This document shows positions 61,212-64,000 of a stretch of 64,000 nt of DNA, piece by piece. The number at the start of each line of letters is the position of its first letter. The first letter of the stretch is position 1. The notes under the pieces were generated by a model. The model ran no database searches. It saw nothing but the letters and a program-made list of their open reading frames with translations, and was not told where the DNA came from. This stretch comes from Pseudomonadota bacterium (lineage in GTDB: Bacteria; UBA10199; 2-02-FULL-44-16; JAAZCA01). The position numbers and the translations under genes were made by a program. The DNA is taken from NCBI GenBank assembly GCA_043798915.1, contig JAZDOG010000100.1, positions 34,122 through 98,121 of the forward strand, written 5' to 3'.

Positions 61212-62657
61212 TCAGGAGTGTGCTTCGGATGCATCCAGTTCCAGCTCGGGAATCACATCCCATTGGCCATTTTCCCGATCATCTTCACGCCCATCGCGGC
61301 CACGATGCTGCTCATCTCCGGAATATCCACGCTCCCGCGACGGCTCGATGTCGCCTCTCCGGCGCATCTCGGCATCTGAATGGCGATCCGCGCCGATCCA
61401 GGCAATGATCTGTGCGAGAGGCGGCATGCACCCCACGCCCCGTTGCGCATATGCGATGTCGAACGCATCCATATCGCCGCAGAATGTCGAGCAGGCAATG
61501 GGCTCGATGTTCCTGTGGGCAACGCCGCCGTCGAACGCCACGCCGTCCGAGGCGCGCTTCCTGCCAGAGGCGAATGGATGTCCTTCGGTCGTGTGCCCTG
61601 GCCCAGCCTTTGAGTGGGACTTCGTTCTGAGAAAAGCCGCGAGATCGTTTCGCTCGCCATCGCCGCGCACGCTGATGCCTGCGATTTGACCCTGACGAAT
61701 GCCGTGCGGCGAGGGAACGTCAGGCACGCTGTTGGATTCGAATTCAAGGAACGGGACAAACCACGCATATGATGCAAACCCTGCATCGATTGCGATATCA
61801 GCTGTCCGGTCGCTCCCTGCCGCCCCCCTCGAAGCCGGAACTGCTGCCGCTGCCGTCCTGTCGTTGTCATGAGCCACAGCACCGGCGGAAAAGGGATTGG
61901 CCGATATCTGCTGGGCGTCCGCTCCCGCGGCACCCTGCCCCATCGCCGCGGCAGACTCAAACGCCTGCTGTTCCAGTTTTTCAGCGGTCGCCATTGCGTC
62001 GATCGCGCTGTCGCCATCCGCAAGCGCCTTCTCGCCAGGCGCTTCGGGAACAAGCCGTTTTTCTGCAACCGCGTTGAGCGCCCTATCCACAGCGACAGGC
62101 GCTGCATCGTCTTTCCTTCCAGGTTTATCGGCAGCAGCTGAATCTTTTTTCGGAATATTCGTTGAATCGGATTTCGACTTTGCAGTCATGGAGCTCGCAT
62201 CAGCGAAGCGTTGCGCGTTCCTCTCTGTCTCCGCAGCGCTGTCCCTGCAGACGAGTTCCTCATAATGGCGCCTAGGCATAACGCAGGCCGCCTGCTCCTC
62301 GGAGCAATACCCGCTCTCGGCGCTGGACAGCTTTTCGGCCTTGCCATTCTTCTCTGAGCGCTTGTGCCCTGAGGATTGTGCAGCGACGATCTCCTTGACG
62401 CTGAAGATAAAATTGCCGCCGTCGCGATTCACCTCGACCGGGCCGCCGACAGTCAGGATAGCAACCGGCACATCGCCGTTTTTGAAAACGACGGCGCCGT
62501 TGTCTTCGTGAGCGGCCTTCAGCGCAACGCCGAAGCGGTTTTCGAGATAAATCCTTACCTGCTCTATCTCATCCTTGGCAGGATCAGGTTTCGGAGGAGC
62601 GCCCCAAAGGCGGTCTACCAAGAGGTTGAATTGTTCTATCGGATCGAAGTTGAACAT
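61212..62657 (-). CDS. low-complexity orphan protein, candidate T3SS substrate
   Basis: 481-aa ORF, Ala/Asp-rich, preceded by sigma28-like motif. Confidence 0.6.
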   Translation of the reverse strand: MFNFDPIEQFNLLVDRLWGAPPKPDPAKDEIEQVRIYLENRFGVALKAAHEDNGAVVFKNGDVPVAILTVGGPVEVNRDGGNFIFSVKEIVAAQSSGHKRSEKNGKAEKLSSAESGYCSEEQAACVMPRRHYEELVCRDSAAETERNAQRFADASSMTAKSKSDSTNIPKKDSAAADKPGRKDDAAPVAVDRALNAVAEKRLVPEAPGEKALADGDSAIDAMATAEKLEQQAFESAAAMGQGAAGADAQQISANPFSAGAVAHDNDRTAAAAVPASRGAAGSDRTADIAIDAGFASYAWFVPFLEFESNSVPDVPSPHGIRQGQIAGISVRGDGERNDLAAFLRTKSHSKAGPGHTTEGHPFASGRKRASDGVAFDGGVAHRNIEPIACSTFCGDMDAFDIAYAQRGVGCMPPLAQIIAWIGADRHSDAEMRRRGDIEPSRERGYSGDEQHRGRDGREDDRENGQWDVIPELELDASEAHS

Positions 62658-62700
62658 GTCGTAGATGGGCTGATGCCCAAGGGCACCGCTCCTATCATTG

Positions 62701-62728
62701 TTATCGGCAGAAACAACTCAAAAGTTGC
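62701..62728 (-). promoter_or_regulatory. sigma28-like promoter
   Basis: GCAACTT-N13-GCCGATAA; IHF consensus TATCAAGCAGTTA at 62746-62758. Confidence 0.7.
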
Positions 62729-62886
62729 TAACTATTTATCATCTTTAACTGCTTGATAATACTTGACAATGTGCCGGGCACGATGTTACCTGACGCCACG
62801 TTTTTTTCGGCGGCAACTTATTTTCGATAATTTGGACAGGAAAAGGTTGAGCTGAAAGCAGAAAACAGGTAGCTGAAAGCTCATAT

Positions 62887-62960
62887 TCAGGGATCATCCA
62901 ACGGTAGGATGCCAGCCTCTGGAGCTGGTTATCTAGGTTCGAATCCTAGTCCCTGAGCCA
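62887..62960 (+). tRNA. tRNA-Gln(CTG)
   Basis: Acceptor TCAGGGA/TCCCTGA, anticodon arm CCAGC-CTCTGGA-GCTGG, GTTCGAATC, CCA end. Confidence 0.95.
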
Positions 62961-63860
62961 AGCAGAACGAACGGAGGCAAACGCCTCCGTTCTTGCTTTT
63001 ATATCGGCAAGTTGCGCTGGTTCTAACCTTTTGTATTCTTCTTCAAGAGCAGGATAGCCTTCTGCAATGGGTTGCAACCAATGACTCGCTTGAATAGTGA
63101 GTTTGCCGTCTTTGATTATCGGGTTCGAGCCTATCGCCATCAGGATTGATTTCTTTGTCTCAAGGTCACCCTTGATAAACGCCTCTCGTGCGTGGGTTGC
63201 AAAATTGAAGGCCAGCTCGGTCAATTCCAGCCAGTTCTCCGCCCTTGTTTCAGTCTCTCGTAGATGCCCTTTAAGCTCACGCAAATGCCCTTGCAGGAGG
63301 TCTTTCTCCTTCATGAAGGTATCATCGTCAATTTGTTCCCTATACCTCATCTTGGTGAGGTTATCGAGTTCATGCTGGGCTTTTAAGATGGTCTTTGTCT
63401 GTGTCTCGTGAATTTGGCTTCGCTCTGCAATCTCCTTGTCGTTTGATTTTCGGAGTGCATCCAATGCCCAGTCCTTGAACTCTGGCAAGATGGTGAACTT
63501 ATTAATTTCATCTGCAATTTGGCTCGCTAAATCTTCTGCCCTGACGACATCTCTCTGTGAACAGTCGTAGTCCTTTCTCTTACGGGTGCAATGGTAATAG
63601 GTGTATTGTCTGATATCTCCTGTGCTTTTGATGTGCTTCGTCTTTGTCTCTGCCGTGTATAAACAACCGCACTCGCCGCAGCGGATTAAGCCTGTGAAAG
63701 GAAATTTATGCTTCTTAGGTCTGGGCTTCCCTTTCCTGCCCAAAAGAATTTGAACACGGTCAAATTCTTCAGGTGTTACCATTGCTTTGTGTTTGCCTTC
63801 ATACTCTTTGCCCGCATACTCTATAATTCCACAATAAAAAGGACTTGTGAAAATCCGATG
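62946..63860 (-). pseudogene. C-terminal part of large serine recombinase, apparently interrupted
   Basis: IFTSPFYCG, GKH..MV..EEFD.VQ, FTGLIRCGECG, YYHC; lower GC; stop codon lies inside tRNA 3' end. Confidence 0.8.
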
Positions 63861-64000
63861 AGCGTGTGCTAAAGCTAGTTGAAATTGGATAAAGAAAAGC
63901 GGTTCCAAACCTGGTAGGGGTTGATTTGCGAAGACCGACCACTACCGAAAAAGGAGGAACCGCCATGAACAAGATAGCTCGGATGGGCCGGAAGTCCAGG
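63860..64000 (+). mobile_element. probable IS left end with transposase start at 63965
   Basis: Recombinase-like sequence ends abruptly at GAGCGTGTGCTAAAG; AGGAGG RBS then basic ORF MNKIARMGRKSR. Confidence 0.45.

Noticed and set aside
63002..63015. TATCGGCAAGTTGC resembling the regulon motif
   Set aside because: No spacer between half-sites and it lies inside the recombinase coding region

Overview
GC-rich bacterial chromosome segment, probably from a deltaproteobacterial-grade lineage (Myxococcota/Bdellovibrionota-like; inferred from gene content). It has five parts. (1) 1-9 kb: an inositol/glycolipid cluster (ino1, MMPL, AUR1/PAP2, PimA-like GT4, flippase). (2) 12-17 kb: a PEGA Ser/Thr kinase plus an FHA-sigma54 activator. 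(3) 16.6-38 kb: a large non-flagellar type III secretion cluster that keeps flagellar-type parts (FliA-like sigma, FliG/FliM/FliN/FliO-like genes, SctJ/I/L/N/O/P/R/S/T, two SycD chaperones); sctC/D/U/V are not in this window. (4) 38-61 kb: housekeeping genes (rluD, recQ, pyrD, eno, miaA, mutL, plsB) mixed with toxin-antitoxin pairs. (5) 62.9-64 kb: tRNA-Gln with the edge of an integrative element. The main signal is a recurring sigma28-like promoter, GCAACTT-N12-14-GCCGATAA. It sits upstream of T3SS late genes and of scattered orphan genes, including a DacB peptidoglycan peptidase with no signal peptide. This suggests a sigma54-to-sigma28 controlled T3SS regulon that may target bacteria. Also seen: an in-frame palindromic element inside mutL, a MITE family carrying REP hairpins, an internally deleted gene copy, and a DnaA-box cluster.
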